Assembly: GCF_009914755.1 (NCBI RefSeq)
Contig: NC_060935.1
Length of the DNA: 64,000 nucleotides
Reading direction: 5' to 3' (one strand)
Origin: the human T2T-CHM13v2.0 reference genome, Homo sapiens
The notes under the pieces are model-generated. The model was not told the DNA's origin. It did no database searches and was given only the letters and a program-made list of their open reading frames with translations. The position numbers were made by a program, and so were the translations under genes. Shown piece after piece: positions 12,630 through 26,612 of the stretch; position 1 is the stretch's first letter, and each line of letters opens with the position of its first letter.

Positions 12630-12933
12630 CTTTATTTTTTAATTATTTTTTGAGATGGAGTCTTGCTCTGTGGCCCAGACTGGAGTGCAGTGGCACGATC
12701 TCGGTTCACTGCAAGCTCCGTGTCCCGGGTTCATGCCATTCTCCTGCCTCAGCCTCCTGAGTAGCTGGGACTACAGGTGCCCGCCACCACGCCCAGCTAA
12801 TTTTTTTGTATTTTTAGTAGAGATGGGGTTTCACTGTGTTAGCCAGGATGGTCTTAATCTCCTGACCTTGTGATCTGCCCGCCTCGGCCTCCCAAAGTTC
12901 TGGGATTACAGGCATGAACCACCGCGCCTGGCC
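12630..12933 (-). mobile_element. AluY
   Basis: AluY-type GCAAGCTCC, GGTTCATGCCATTC and GTTAGCCAGGATGGTC. Confidence 0.9.
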
Positions 12934-13873
12934 CAAGATTCTTTTATTTGTGACCATCCTTCCCCAACCTCCTCCCAGGGCCCTGCCTCTCAGTCAATGG
13001 TTCCATTCATTTTGTTCATTGATGAAGCCTTGGACCAGTGGCAGCAACCAAGTGGACAGAGTGGGCAGTGATGCTGATGATGAGAACTCTTAAGTCTTTT
13101 GGTCTCTGTAGTTGAGATCACTAATATTGGGCACCTCTGCATGGTGTATCTGGGCATGATTTTGCCAACAGAATCTCAGACTCTCTTCTCAATCTTGCCA
13201 AAGACCCTTTCTCTCACAGTGTCATTTGTTGAGCTGTGATTATTTGCCGAAGAAATAATTGGCACACCTGCCAATGTAGAGGCCCTGTGCTAGGTGCTTT
13301 ATCTGTGTGATTGAGGGTAAATTCTTGAACTTCTTCTGGTTGCAGTTTCTTTGTCTATAAAGTAGAAATAACACTTTATCTAATAGTGAACACATATTTT
13401 AGAGGACACTGGTTATTTGCTCCGTCAAGCCCTCAACGTGTCTAAGTGGGTCCTCGGTTGGGAGGCATGCACCCCTGAGCTGGTCTGTGCTCCCCACCTG
13501 TGCTAAGGTTCTGGCCCTGCAGCCTCTCTTTCCCTGCGAGTGATTTTGAGTGCAGCTACAGAACCAGCTGTAATTTCGAGGCCTTTTCCCCCATCGTGGA
13601 ACAGTAGACTGTGAACCCAGCAGATAATTAGAACCACTGCCTGCACATCTTTGGTTGCTGGCCCTTTGAATGAGTTTATTTAAACCCAAGTCCCCCAGCT
13701 GAGACTCTGTGATTTGTTCTGTGGTGCCTGATGTACCAAATATCTCTTTATACTGTTTGATGGTTCTCCTCAAGAGTGCACAGTTCCTCAGGATCAAAAA
13801 TAGTGCAAACCTTCTTCAAATAGTAGCATTAACATCATTCTCCACTGATTGTGCTTCTAGGAGCAGAAAAGGC

Positions 13874-14606
13874 ATATTAGGCCATTTTTGCATTGCTTTA
13901 AATAAATACCTGAGGTTGATATTTATAAAGAAAAGAGGTTTTATTTTGGCTCAACGGTCTGCAGGTTTTACAGGAAGTGTGATGCCATCATCTGCTTCTG
14001 GTGAAGGTCTCGGGAAGCATGCAATCATGGCGGAAGGTGACGGGGAGCCAGCATGTCACATGGAGGGAGTGGGAGCAAGAGACTCGGAGAAAGGGGAGGT
14101 CCCAGACTTTTAAACAACCAAAGTTCTTGTGAACTAACTGAGCAAGAACTCACTTATCACCAAGGGGATCGTGCTAAACCATTCATGAGGGATCAACCCC
14201 CATGATCAAATCACCTCCCACCAGGCCCCACCTCTAACACTGAGGATTTCATTTATTTTTTTAAAAACTTTTATTTCAGGTTCAAAGGTATATGCATGCA
14301 GATTTGTTATATAGGTAAACTTGCGTCATGCGGGTTTGTTGTACAGATGATTTCATCACTAGATACTAAGCCTACTACCCAATAGTTATTTTTTCTGTTC
14401 CTCTCTCCTCTCATCCTCCACCCTCGAGTGGGTCCCAGTGTCTGTTGTTCCCCTCTTTGAGTCCATGTGTTCTCGTCATTTAGTTCCCACTTATAAGTGA
14501 GAACATGTGGCATTTCATTTTCTTTTCCTGCATTAGTTTGCTAAGGATAATGGGGGATTACATTTCAACATGAGATTTGAAAGGGACAAACACCCAAACC
14601 ATATCA
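13874..14606 (-). mobile_element. MST (MSTA-like) MaLR LTR, interrupted by L1 at about 14255-14551
   Basis: TATTAGGCCATTTTTGCATTGC ... CAAACCATATCA, split at a duplicated GGATT(T/A)CATTT. Confidence 0.8.
14255..14551 (-). mobile_element. L1P 3' end (5'-truncated)
   Basis: L1 3' UTR in antisense (GTTATATAGGTAAAC, CCCACTTATAAGTGAGAACATG). Confidence 0.85.
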
Positions 14607-14694
14607 CAAGGAGAGACAGAGAAGTCTCACTGGTGTTTGTAAAACCATGGACAGAAGTAACAAGATAAAATTTCAAGCAGGCCATTAAAGTAGG

Positions 14695-14841
14695 CATTTT
14701 AGCCAGGTGTGGTGGTTCACACAATTCCAGCACTTGGGGAGGCTGAGGCGGAGGCTTGCTTGAGCCCAGGAGGTTGAAGTTGCAGTGATTGCACCACTGC
14801 ACTCCAGCCTGGTGACACAGCAAGACCCTGTCTCAAAAAAA
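14695..14841 (+). mobile_element. Alu monomer or fragment (FRAM/AluJ-like)
   Basis: Alu right-arm sequence with an A tail. Confidence 0.75.
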
Positions 14842-15248
14842 GGATGCATTTTATACACGGATCCATATACCTATAATAACGTACATGCTTGAATCAAGTT
14901 TTTTGATTTATAGAGATTTTAGTTACATTTAATACAGCAATCTGGTAAGTTATTCTTTTATAGAGGGGAAACCTGAGCTTCAGATGGAATAAATAATTTG
15001 CACTAGATCTTATAATTAATAGATGAAAGATGTGGCACTTTAACCCAGTTGTGGATATGTTTGTTTCACTCACATGCAAGTGTTGCACACATAATTACAC
15101 ATTCATGTGTACTCATGATTATACACGTTGGCATATGAAACACAAAGAACACCCATAAACATCCGACTTGTTAAAACATCACTGGGGGTGATGGGCTTAT
15201 CAGGTCTGCTTCTCTCTGACTTCAATGGTCCAGGTCCTCCCTCTCCAG

Positions 15249-15310
15249 ACATTGATCCAATACAAGGAGGCATTTTATAGACATAACAGAGAGATTTAGG
15301 TGGTATAATT
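15249..15310 (+). pseudogene. EF-hand-like exon remnant
   Basis: After acceptor CCTCCCTCTCCAG: TLIQYKEAFYRHNR, 2 extra nt in an (AG)n run, then DLGGII. Fits a KEAF-x3-DxDxDGxI EF-hand pattern with two single-base D substitutions. Confidence 0.5.
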
Positions 15311-15402
15311 ATTTGCATAAACACAAAATATGTGCATAACCAGACCTGAGTTCCATATAGACTTCTACATTTCCAGTTCCATCTCACTCAAGAAGTAGCA
15401 CA

Positions 15403-15692
<290 letters not shown>

Positions 15693-15828
15693 ACATAAAT
15701 TCATAGTTAGGGACATTTCCCTGGGGTCCAGTCTGAGTTCCCCTTCTCCCAGGCCCCCTTGATCCTTTTCTACACTTTCCACACAGCTCATGTTTTTTTG
15801 CTGCTGAACAGCAAGAAGTCTTTGGACA

Positions 15829-16131
<303 letters not shown>

Positions 16132-16769
16132 AGTCTTTGGACATGAGTGGCCTTGCTCTGCCACTGCTACTTACTAGCTGTATGTCTTTGGGTGAGTTAC
16201 GTAACTTCTCGGTCCCCAGTGTCCTTATCTCTAAAGTAGGGATCATCATAATAGCAGGATTATTTCATAGCCCATAAGATTGTGGTGAGGATTAAAGGTT
16301 CCTGGTACATGCAAGTCATGTTTATCAACAGAAAGATGCTGGTCACAAACTAGCGTGAAAGGGCCTCAGGTGGGTTAAATGCTCAATAAATGCTACCCAC
16401 TCATATCACGCTAAAAAGAGCTGACTCCTGAGTCCTTAATGTTGCTCTCGGAGCAAATGGTTATGATTGCCTCTGCCCAGGGCATTGCCACGTGGCTGGC
16501 TTTCCTTCAGTGTGCCCTGAGCCATGCCAGAGCCTGAATACGGGCCCCACAAACGTAGCTCTTTAGTCTGAGTGATTGGTGTCATGGTCGCATTCACTGC
16601 TGCTCTATGGTGGGAGAAGAACCTCCTGGCTAAGGCCCAAGCTGAAAATGGTCCTGCACTGTAAGGAGCCACGAATACCAGGACAACTCCTGATCCTGAG
16701 AGGCACGTTAAACACCTGCTTTCAACTTGGGGAATTCCTATTGATCTTGTATAGAGTCAGTTTGGAGTA

Positions 16770-17010
16770 GAAGAATTTAGGTTAAAAGCGTGGACTCGAA
16801 CTGGATTGGCTGATTTCTCATCTCAGCTCCGCTGCTGAATTGCTAAGTGATCAGGGCCAGTTATGCAGCCTCAATGGGCCTCAGTTTTCTCATCTGTAAA
16901 ATGGGGATGAGGAGGATAATATCTCCTTCACAGGGTTGTTGGGAGGATTAAATGAGTTTGTGTATGTAGCGTACTTAAAACCATGCCTGGCACAGAGTAA
17001 ACACTATACA
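16770..17010 (+). mobile_element. MIR SINE
   Basis: GGGCCTCAGTTTTCTCATCTGTAAAATGGGGATGA core. Confidence 0.8.
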
Positions 17011-17174
17011 ATATTATTGTTAAGCACACAAAGCAACCTCTCAGAGGTATTTTGGTTTATGACTCAGTATTCAGTGAGCACCCCGTAATAGAGCACGGAG
17101 AAGATATAAGTGATATGAAAGTGGTATGTTCCTTGTTTGAACTTTATGATTTGCTCTAGCTATTAGAATTAGCC

Positions 17175-17420
17175 TGTGGCAGAAACTGGTACATGATTAC
17201 CAAAACCTGTTTCCTTTTTGTTCTGGACACAGAGCTAGATCACCTTTCCCAGCTTCCCTTGGAGGTAAGTGTGGCCATGTGATTAAATTCTGGCCAGTAG
17301 AATATAGGCTGATGTGATGTGTGCTACTTCTTGGCCCATAGAAATTTCTCATGTGCGATTCTACACCCTCTTTTTTTTTGTCTGCTGACTGGATGCAGAT
17401 GTCCTAGTCGATGCTGGAGT
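17175..17420. mobile_element. Old MLT1 (H/J-like) LTR fragment
   Basis: TTTCCCAGCTTCCCTTG...GTGGCCATGTGATTAAATTCTGGCCA. Confidence 0.6.
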
Positions 17421-20400
17421 CACAAGATGTTTTCAGCTCTGTCCTTCACTCTGACCTTACAAATTATTTCTAGTTCCTAAGCTTTTCCAGACTGTGTGTC
17501 TGGACTCCATGGAGTCACATTGGTGTCCTCTGCAGGTGTTCAGAACTCACCTTTCCCCTTCTAAGTTAGGTACCACACTTTCATTTACTTTTCATCTTCC
17601 CCAAATACATTGACATCTTCCTACTCTGGGATCTCATTTTCTCTCCTTTTGCCTTTTTAAATTAATTTACTCTGTTTTTGGAGGAAGTATCCAGGAACAA
17701 GCAGAGACAAACACGTGGACAGTCTCTTATGTTTTAAACGGCAGTCCTGTTGGATCATTTTCAGGATTGACACTGAAGATGCAGTCTGGAAAATAACTTC
17801 AGAAATAGTGATTTTGCTTTTATTAGTTACAGTTTTGCTGCATATGTGTAATTCGCTTGCCTTTAATAAATTAGATAATTAAATAGAAAATTAAGAATAT
17901 ATATAATACTTTAAACAGAGAAAGAATAGATAGATAGGACCTTCTTCTCCAGTTTTGCCCCAAGCACAGTTGGCTTGTTTGCTGTCTTCTTTGACTGGGG
18001 AGGCGGCATTCTCCCCTGGTGGATGTGGTGGACGGAAAAGAAGATGAAGTGGGCGGATGAATTAGATGGACCGTGGGTCCTCTCCCACCCCTGCTATCCC
18101 AAGGCTCTAGTGATCTGTCTCATGTTAAGTTATGATTTCATTGCTCTTCTGGATCAAGCATGAAAATCTCATCACCTCGACCTCTCTAATAAGTTACTGA
18201 AACAACTTTCACGTTTTAAAAATTTTTAAATGTTCACTCCTTTTCCAAAGATTCGAGAGGAATTTGGGTTGAGTTTTACCTTTTCAGGTTCTAGTTCCCT
18301 CTAATAGGAGGCACCGCCTCTGATAGACCACACCCTGTTCATGGCTACTAAATGCCCCACAAGGGGCAGATCAGATCCGATTTCTGGGTGAACCTGAGGA
18401 ACTTCTTTGTAACCAAATATGACCATTAAAGGGAGCCTAAACCTTGTGAGAACTTAAAACCCTGGCAAAGTAAGGAGAACTGGATGAAAAGAGCAGCAAG
18501 ACATAGATTTATGGTTTCTAATTTTATTACTTAAGACAATATTATGCCTGAGAAACAACATTTTGATATCCTGAGGGCTCAGGGACATATGCATTAACTC
18601 TACAAGGATTGTTATGAAACAATTAAATTTACTACCATTAGTAATGACTACAATATAAGTATTTATGATTTTGATAATATCAGTTACAACTGATAAAATA
18701 TTTATTGATAATAACTTATTTACTGTGAGTAGTAACATCAGTCATCTATTTCTAGGAGAGCAGAGACTCATGTAACTCTCTAGGAGAGCAGAGTCATGTA
18801 ACAAGCTACCACTGGGGACACTAGAAGAATCAGAATATATCTTGCAGTAAAGACAAGAGATGGCCCTGAGGAGCCAACCTCAGCACAGCTGCCCCGCTGG
18901 GGGCTGGCGTCAGGTCTGCGGTGGTGTGTGGCTGGGCTCCAGCACTCGGCACGAGCTCTGCACAGACTGGGGATCTGCTTCTGTTTACGTGGTCAGCCCT
19001 GTCTTGAGTAATGAGGAGAGCATACCTGAGTTTGGATCTTTAGCGTGAATGAATGGGCAAGGAACGGGCAGAATAAGGGAGTAGAGGGAGGGCATTGAGA
19101 AGCTGGGGATGTCAAAGGTTTTTAGGACCAGGCCATCATGTAGAAACCACCGAGTTATGCTGCCAGGTGCCACCTGTTCTTGTTCTGGGAAAAGAGAGAC
19201 TGGGGACCCATTTCTTTTGCTATGTGGAGAATGTGATTGCAGTTGATGACAGGCATTACTCTGTGTGATTTCCTTTTCTCTGGCCCGGAGTCCTGGCCAT
19301 AGGCAGGTGAAGAGTATTCCTGCTTAGCAATCAAGCTGAGTTGCTGTCCCAACCCTCTGACTCCTGGCCTCTGTCATGGGCACCAAGGGGTCTGGGAATG
19401 CTGCACACTCCTTCCTTGCTGAAACCCAAGGCCACGTGGACTTTTGCTCTCCTGGGTCATCTGGGTAGTTGGACAGCTCCATTGCCTGATTTAACTGGAG
19501 TTTCACCTGGAGTCCCTCTGTTGATTTGCAAGTAAGCCCTTGACCTGACATTGTGTCTCTTGTCATATCTAAGATGTAATTTTGTGGTGATAGAAGCAGT
19601 TTGTGGGCAATGAAGTCACACACAAATGAAAATATTCTTAATAAGGAATACTGTTTTTAAACAAATGACCAAAAAATGGAAAGACTGGCAGATTTTTTAG
19701 GTAATAGACATTCTCTTGATGCTACTGTCAAAAGTCAGGAAGAGAAAGATAGAAAAGGAAAGTGGAAAGAAAATATGGAGGAAATGGAGGAGGAGTGCTT
19801 TCCTTAACTTCAATTAGGCAAAAACAGTATTAGTGAAGGGAAGAGTCCTGGCCTAGGAGAAGCATCTGGGGGACCTCAGAAAAGTATTTTTAAATTGAGC
19901 CCAAGCCTTCCTTCCTTCTTGGAGTTCTTTTCTCTGCTACCCTCCCCTATATCTGCAGCCCCCTCCCTCTGTGCAGAGCTCTCCTTTGACTTCACAGGCA
20001 CAGCATCCATTCTGTAGTTAGGCTCCATTTATCGAGGTTACTTGCTCTGGGAGGTTTTCCAGACCACCCCGTCCCGCTGCACTATTTCTCTCAGCTACGT
20101 TGGCCTATGAGCCCATAGGAACAGGGACTGAGTGTCAAATCTGCAGCCTCTAACACCACACCCAGCGACTATGGGTGCTCAATGAAGAAACACAGGTAGA
20201 AAAAGTGTCCGTCGAAGCCCTTGCTCACCTTACTTTCCCCTAGGATCTTATTACACTGACTGTTCTGTTTCTACCTCCCAGCATTAGTTTTCGTCTTGTT
20301 CAATGTACGTATTTCTTGTGGATCCAAGGAAATTGTAAGCTACTGACAAAATGGCACTCATTCTATGCTCCTTCCTTGTATTCTTCCTGGCACCAGGCAT

Positions 20401-21654
20401 GGAACTGAAAGCCTAAGAGAGGGCTTCGTAAATAATTTCTGATCAATTTAGTGAGTGAGTAAGACACAGCCCACAATTAACTAGGCCTTTCTTTCTCACT
20501 TCTCCCATCGTTACTCACTCTCTGGGACTTACTTCCCTTTTCCCAGAGCTTCACCCTGGCCCCTGGATCATTCAACTAAAAAAGGGAGAAGATGAAGCCC
20601 ATAATTAGCCAACTGACACATGTCTTCAGAAAGAATCATTTGCAGGTTAAGTCTTCCATAATCCTTAAGGCTCAGCAGTTATCCCCTTAATTCTGAGTAA
20701 TAGAACCAACCTACTAGATTGGTTATAAGAGCTCTTTGTCTCAGTTTTCCTGTATGTATCATAGGGTTAATCGCCCCTGTCTTCTGCCTTCCCCATAGGA
20801 ACATAGTGAGAGAATGTCATGCCTTGCACTGTAGTCTTCGGATGAAAGGTACCATATAAATACCACATGTTATTAAAGGCCCTTGACCCACGGAAGATCA
20901 TGGAAACATCACTGCTTATGGGGTTCACAACAAGGTAGATAAAAAGGTGGTAGATAAAAAGAAGTCCTTGTGCCCAAGGACTTCTTGGTGTTGGGATCTG
21001 GAAGTTGCCCATGAGAACTGGGATCTGTACGTGAAACAAGGGCCAAAAGAAATGTGTCAGTGATCCCAGAGACAGCTTAAAAATCCACTAAAATTTAAAA
21101 AAAAATTTATAAAATAACTTATCCTGGTTAACAAGTCAAAATACTGTAGAACTTTTGTGATACAAAGCCACAGTTTCTTGCCTCACTCTTTCCTAACTCC
21201 TGTCCTTTTCCCTAGGATAGCCACTTTTAATCTTTTTACTATTTATTTTGGTGTTAATTTCCATATCTCTGAATAAGATGTTTCCATTTCTGTTTTTTGA
21301 TTGATCAATTTTAGATATTAGTTATTGAATTTCTGCCATTGATCTAAGGTTTTACCATCCTACATCCCCCTTCCCTCAACCTTTTCATGTAGTTATATCA
21401 TGCTTTCATTTTAAAAATCAGTATCATTTGAAACTTTAAGTCATAAACTAACCACTTTATTTCTTGTTCAATAATAGTATTTTTTCACTCTCCGCCTTGA
21501 AAGATGGGAACATTTGCACTTCTATCCTTCCTTTTAGCTCTCCTTCCTGCCTTCCACTTCCCAATTTCTATCATTTGAACTTTTATATTGTTAAGATTGA
21601 TAATATTTACATTCTGTTCTGAAACCATAACTCTCTTCTGTGCTTTGTCTATGG

Positions 21655-21959
21655 CAGGGGTCCCCAGTCCCTGGGCTGTGGACCAGTATGAGTCCATGGC
21701 CTGTTAGGAACCCGGCTGCACAGCAGGAGGTGAGTGGCTGCGAGCATTACCACCTGAGCTCCACCTCCTGTCAGATCAGTGGCAGCATTAGATTCTCATA
21801 GGAGCACAAACCCTATTGTTAACTGCTCATGTGAGAGATCTAGGTTGCATCCTCCTTATGAGACTTAAACTAATGCTGCCCCCATCTTCCCACCCTAGTT
21901 ATGGAAAAATTGTCTTCCATGAAACTGGTCCCTGGTGCCAAAAAGGTTGGGAACTGCTG
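21655..21959. mobile_element. MER1B hAT-Charlie element
   Basis: CAGGGGTCCCC...GGTTGGGAACTGCTG with 8-bp TSD GTCTATGG/TTCTATGG. Confidence 0.88.
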
Positions 21960-21999
21960 TTCTATGGGGTTAGTCTAAGAGCTGAAAATTATTTTAACT

Positions 22000-22836
22000 T
22001 GTAGGAGTTTGGTCAGGGTGGTGGGAAAAATTATAAAAATTGTAGAAAGAAGCAAACCTTCTTGGAAGGCCAGGAGGTTTTGCAAAAGCTTTGAAAGATA
22101 ATTTGGCTGAAGGGCGCCACCATGTTAATTACCCATAAGTAGTATTGACTCAAAGCCTCTGTACTAAATAAATACAAACATCACTGGCTTATTGGGGCTT
22201 CAGTCTCGGCTGCTGGACTCACCTGCGGTGCTGAGCAGTGAAGTCCCCTAGTCACGCTGTCAGGCAAAATACCTGTGTCAGCATACATTTTTTCATCCAT
22301 CGTTTGGCCAGGGTCTGTGCAGTGGGATAATTTAGGAATCAGAGAGACTGAGGGGTTGAGGAGGATTTATTATTATTATTGTTATTTAGGTGCACCAGCC
22401 CAGTCAGATTAACATCCAAAAAGACTGAGCCCTGAACAAAGAGTCAGGTTACCTTTTAAGCATTTCATGGGGTGGAGGGAGATCTGTGCAGGGGGAAGCA
22501 TATTACAGAAATGAGAAACAAAGACAGTTATTCAACTGAGACATGCATTACATCATTTCTTACTTTTCAAGGAAAAACATGTTTTACCACTTGAGTTTAT
22601 CTGCCTAGTGACCTTGCAGCTGCACAGTTAGAGAAACAGCGTCTTCACAATGCCTGGGAAAGGGAGAGATAAGGCTCACTAGCCACAGACAGAAAAACAG
22701 GCAGTTAATTTTTAAAGGACGCCACCTCTTTTTCCTCCTCAGGTGGAATTGGGTTTTCTTACTTACAACTGAGTTTTTGCTTACACATTCTTTAATTTCT
22801 TTTAATTCCTGTTTCATCTGTGGGTCAGAGCCGGCA
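22000..22836 (+). mobile_element. LTR22-type (HERV-K HML-5) solo LTR, interrupted
   Basis: TGTAGGAGTTTGGTCAGGGTGGTGGGAAAAA ... AGCCGGCA with 6-bp TSD TTAACT. Confidence 0.8.
22318..22816 (-). mobile_element. LTR15-type ERV1 solo LTR
   Basis: Minus strand begins TGAAACAGGAATTAAAAGAAATTAAAGAATGTG; 4-bp TSD TCTG. Confidence 0.75.
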
Positions 22837-23222
22837 TTAACTGTTTTGTGCAGAGCCTGATTTTATACTATGATTATATTTTCTCCTTGTAAAGCTTTTA
22901 AGTTTTTCTTTTGGTCTCAAATTCCTTTTTTATTCTGGTGGTGTTTGCTTTTATTACATCCTTAACTTTTTTTCAAATACTTGGTTGAAATAGGCATTCT
23001 ATTAAATACCCTCCCTCCATTTCCCTCAGATCCCTCTCTCCCGGAGCTGTGCATCCTCTGAACAACTGCTGTCCACAGGCTGCACAGTAATCATTCTGGG
23101 CCTTCCTCACTGCTTTCAATTTTGGGAACTGCATCTTCCTTGTTATTGTTTTACTCCTTTGATTTGCTAGGCACATTTTCAATTGCTTTCCCACCAAAAA
23201 TGTTTATTAAAAATGAATTCTG

Positions 23223-23533
23223 GGCCAGATGTGGTGGCTCATGCCTGTGATCCTAGCACTTTTGGAGGCCAAGGAAGGCAGATTGCTTGAGCTGAGGAGT
23301 TTAAGACCAGGCTGGGAAACGTGGAGAAACCCTGTTTCTGGAAAAAATACAAAAATTACCTGGGCATGGTGGCACATGCCTGTGGTCCCAGCTACTCAGG
23401 AGGCTGAGGTGGGAGGATCACTTGAGCCTGGGGAGGTCAAGGCTGCAGTGAGTTGTGATCACACCACTGCACTCTTGCCTGGGCAACAGAGTGAGACCCT
23501 GTCTCAAATATAAATTAATAAATAGATAAATAA
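23223..23533 (+). mobile_element. AluJ
   Basis: GAGGTCAAGGCTGCAGTGAG; (TAAA)n tail. Confidence 0.9.
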
Positions 23534-23964
23534 ATTCTGTGTTTTGAATGTCCAGAAATATTTTTAAACCACCCTCAATTTAAGTAGAAATTTGTCTAAG
23601 TAGAGAATTTATAGTTCAAAATATCTTTTTTTCTGTTTCTAGAACTTTGAAGGCATTATTCCACTGTCTTCTAGCTTCCAGTGTTGCTGGTGAGAAGTCT
23701 GATGTTAGTCTGATTATTATTTCTTGTGGGTAACATGGTTTTTTCCACTTTAAATTATTCAGGGTTTTCTTCTTTTTCTTATTATTTTGAAACTTCATAA
23801 TGACATATCCACATGAGGTTCTATTTTATTGTGCTACAGACTTGGTGGGACCTTTAGATTTAGAAATGTATATCTTTTGTCCCTGGTGAATGCTTTCATA
23901 TAGCTTCTTTTATTATTTTCTTCTGTTTGTTTTTCTGAGCTAACCTTCTAATTCTTACTGGTTA

Positions 23965-24160
23965 TTATTGGATGAATGTGTCCTCTCTGCAACCCCAAAT
24001 TCATTTGTTGAAGCCCTAACCTCAGTATGTGACTGTATTTGGAGACAGAGCCTTAAAAGAGGTGATTAAGTTAAAATGAGGCCATTAGAGTAAGACCTAA
24101 TCCAATTTGATTGGTATCTTTATAAGAGGAAATTTGGACCCACAAAGAGAGGCACCAGGG
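23965..24160 (+). mobile_element. MLT1A/B LTR fragment
   Basis: GTTGAAGCCCTAACC...TGTATTTGGAGACAG...TTAAGTTAAAATGAGG. Confidence 0.75.
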
Positions 24161-24250
24161 GCACACACACACACACACACACATGACCAGGAACACACAC
24201 ACACACCCACACAACCAGGGGCACACACACACATACACACACACGGACAC
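24153..24250. repeat. Compound (CA)n repeat punctuated by ACCAGG
   Basis: Three ACCAGG(G/A)..(CA)n units. Confidence 0.85.
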
Positions 24251-24808
24251 AAAGAAAAGCACTTGGTTGGCTCAAAGAAAAACACTTGTGTGATTATTTA
24301 AGCTTCAAGTCAAATGAGCTACTTTGGTTTATGAAATACTTTTTTATTTAAAAGAATTATTGGCAAAATATAATTATGCCGACTTGCATACTTAGCAGGC
24401 ATTTTTCTTAAAAATGAACAAAGTGAGCACTTCAAGGAAAATAACAGTATTATTTTTGCCAATGATAAACTTAAGCTGTCAAGTGAAAATTAGAATTTTG
24501 GAAAATTGGTATTCACCATCATAAACTTGACAGCTTTTCAATAATTAAAGACTTTTCTGGTGAGATGAATCATGGTATTAGCAAATGTATTTTTGATATT
24601 GTATTATGAAATATGTGAATATTTGGAATATCTTCAAAACTGAGTGAACTGGTATTTTCCAAATGACTAATGTGATATTAGAAAATCATGCATAGGCAAA
24701 AGTTCCATCTAAATTTGAAGGTAGATTAATGAATTTTAATATAAGAGAGTATGAAAAGTTCACTAATATGGTTTCAGATTCCACACTGAAATTAACCTTT
24801 AAGAAACT

Positions 24809-25530
24809 ATTTTAAAATTCATATGGGACCAAAAAGAACCTGAATAGCCAAGGCAATAAAAAAGAGCAAAGCTGGAGGCATCACACTACCTGACTTAAAA
24901 CTATACTACAAGGCTACAGAAACCAAAACAGCATGGTACTGGTACCAAAACAGACACATAGCCCAGTGGAACAGATTAGAGAGCTCATAAATATGCCTGA
25001 CACCTACAACCATCTGATCTTTGACAAAAGTGACAAAAGCAATGGAGAAAGCACTCTCTATTCAATAAATGGTGCTGGGATAACTGGCTAGCCATATGCA
25101 GAAAACTGAAACTGGATCCCCTCCTTACACCTTATATATAAATTAACTCAAGATGGATTAAAGACCTAACTGTAAGACCTAAAACCATAAAAGCCCTAGA
25201 AGAAAACCTAAGCAATACCATTCAAGACATAGGCATAGGCAAAGACTTCGTGATTAAAACACCAAAAGCAATGGCAACAAAAGCCAAAATTGACATATAG
25301 GGTCTAATTACACTAAAGAGCTTCTGCACAGCAAAAGAAACTATCATTAGAGTGAACAGGCAACTTACAGAATGGGAGAAAATTTTTGCAATCTATCCAT
25401 CTGAGAAAGGGCTAATATCCAGAATCTACATAGAACTTAAACAAATTTACAAGAAAAAAACAACCCCATCAAAAAGTGGGTGAAGGATATGAACAGACAC
25501 TTCTTAAAAGAAGACATTTATGTGGCCAGC
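24809..25530 (+). mobile_element. L1PA ORF2 fragment
   Basis: Encodes [16 protein letters not shown]...WYWYQNR, with stops and indels. Confidence 0.9.

Positions 25531-26612
<1,082 letters not shown>

Larger units (their letters stand above)
21095..23945 (-). mobile_element. Ancient L1M(E) fragments hosting nested insertions
   Basis: T-rich L1M-type sequence, e.g. GAAGGCATTATTCCACTGTCTTCTAGCTTCCAGTGTTGCTGGTGAGAAGTCTGA. Confidence 0.6.

Noticed and set aside
16511-16660. + strand exon-like segment with VAFTAALWWEK
   Set aside because: It has AG/GT ends, but the motif spacing is off and there are several stops; not distinguishable from chance.
17765-17870. IDTEDAVWKITSEIVILLLLVTVLLHMCNSL after an AG
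   Set aside because: Position fits the putative EF-hand gene, but there is no donor and similarity is weak; left out of the model.
18288-18469. Exon-like segment (HPVHGY*MPHKGQIRSDFWVNLRNFF)
   Set aside because: Three stops in about 60 codons is the random expectation, and I recognise no family.
18885-18910. CTCF-like GC motif (also near 36051-36067)
   Set aside because: Core spacing does not fit CCASYAGRKGGC.
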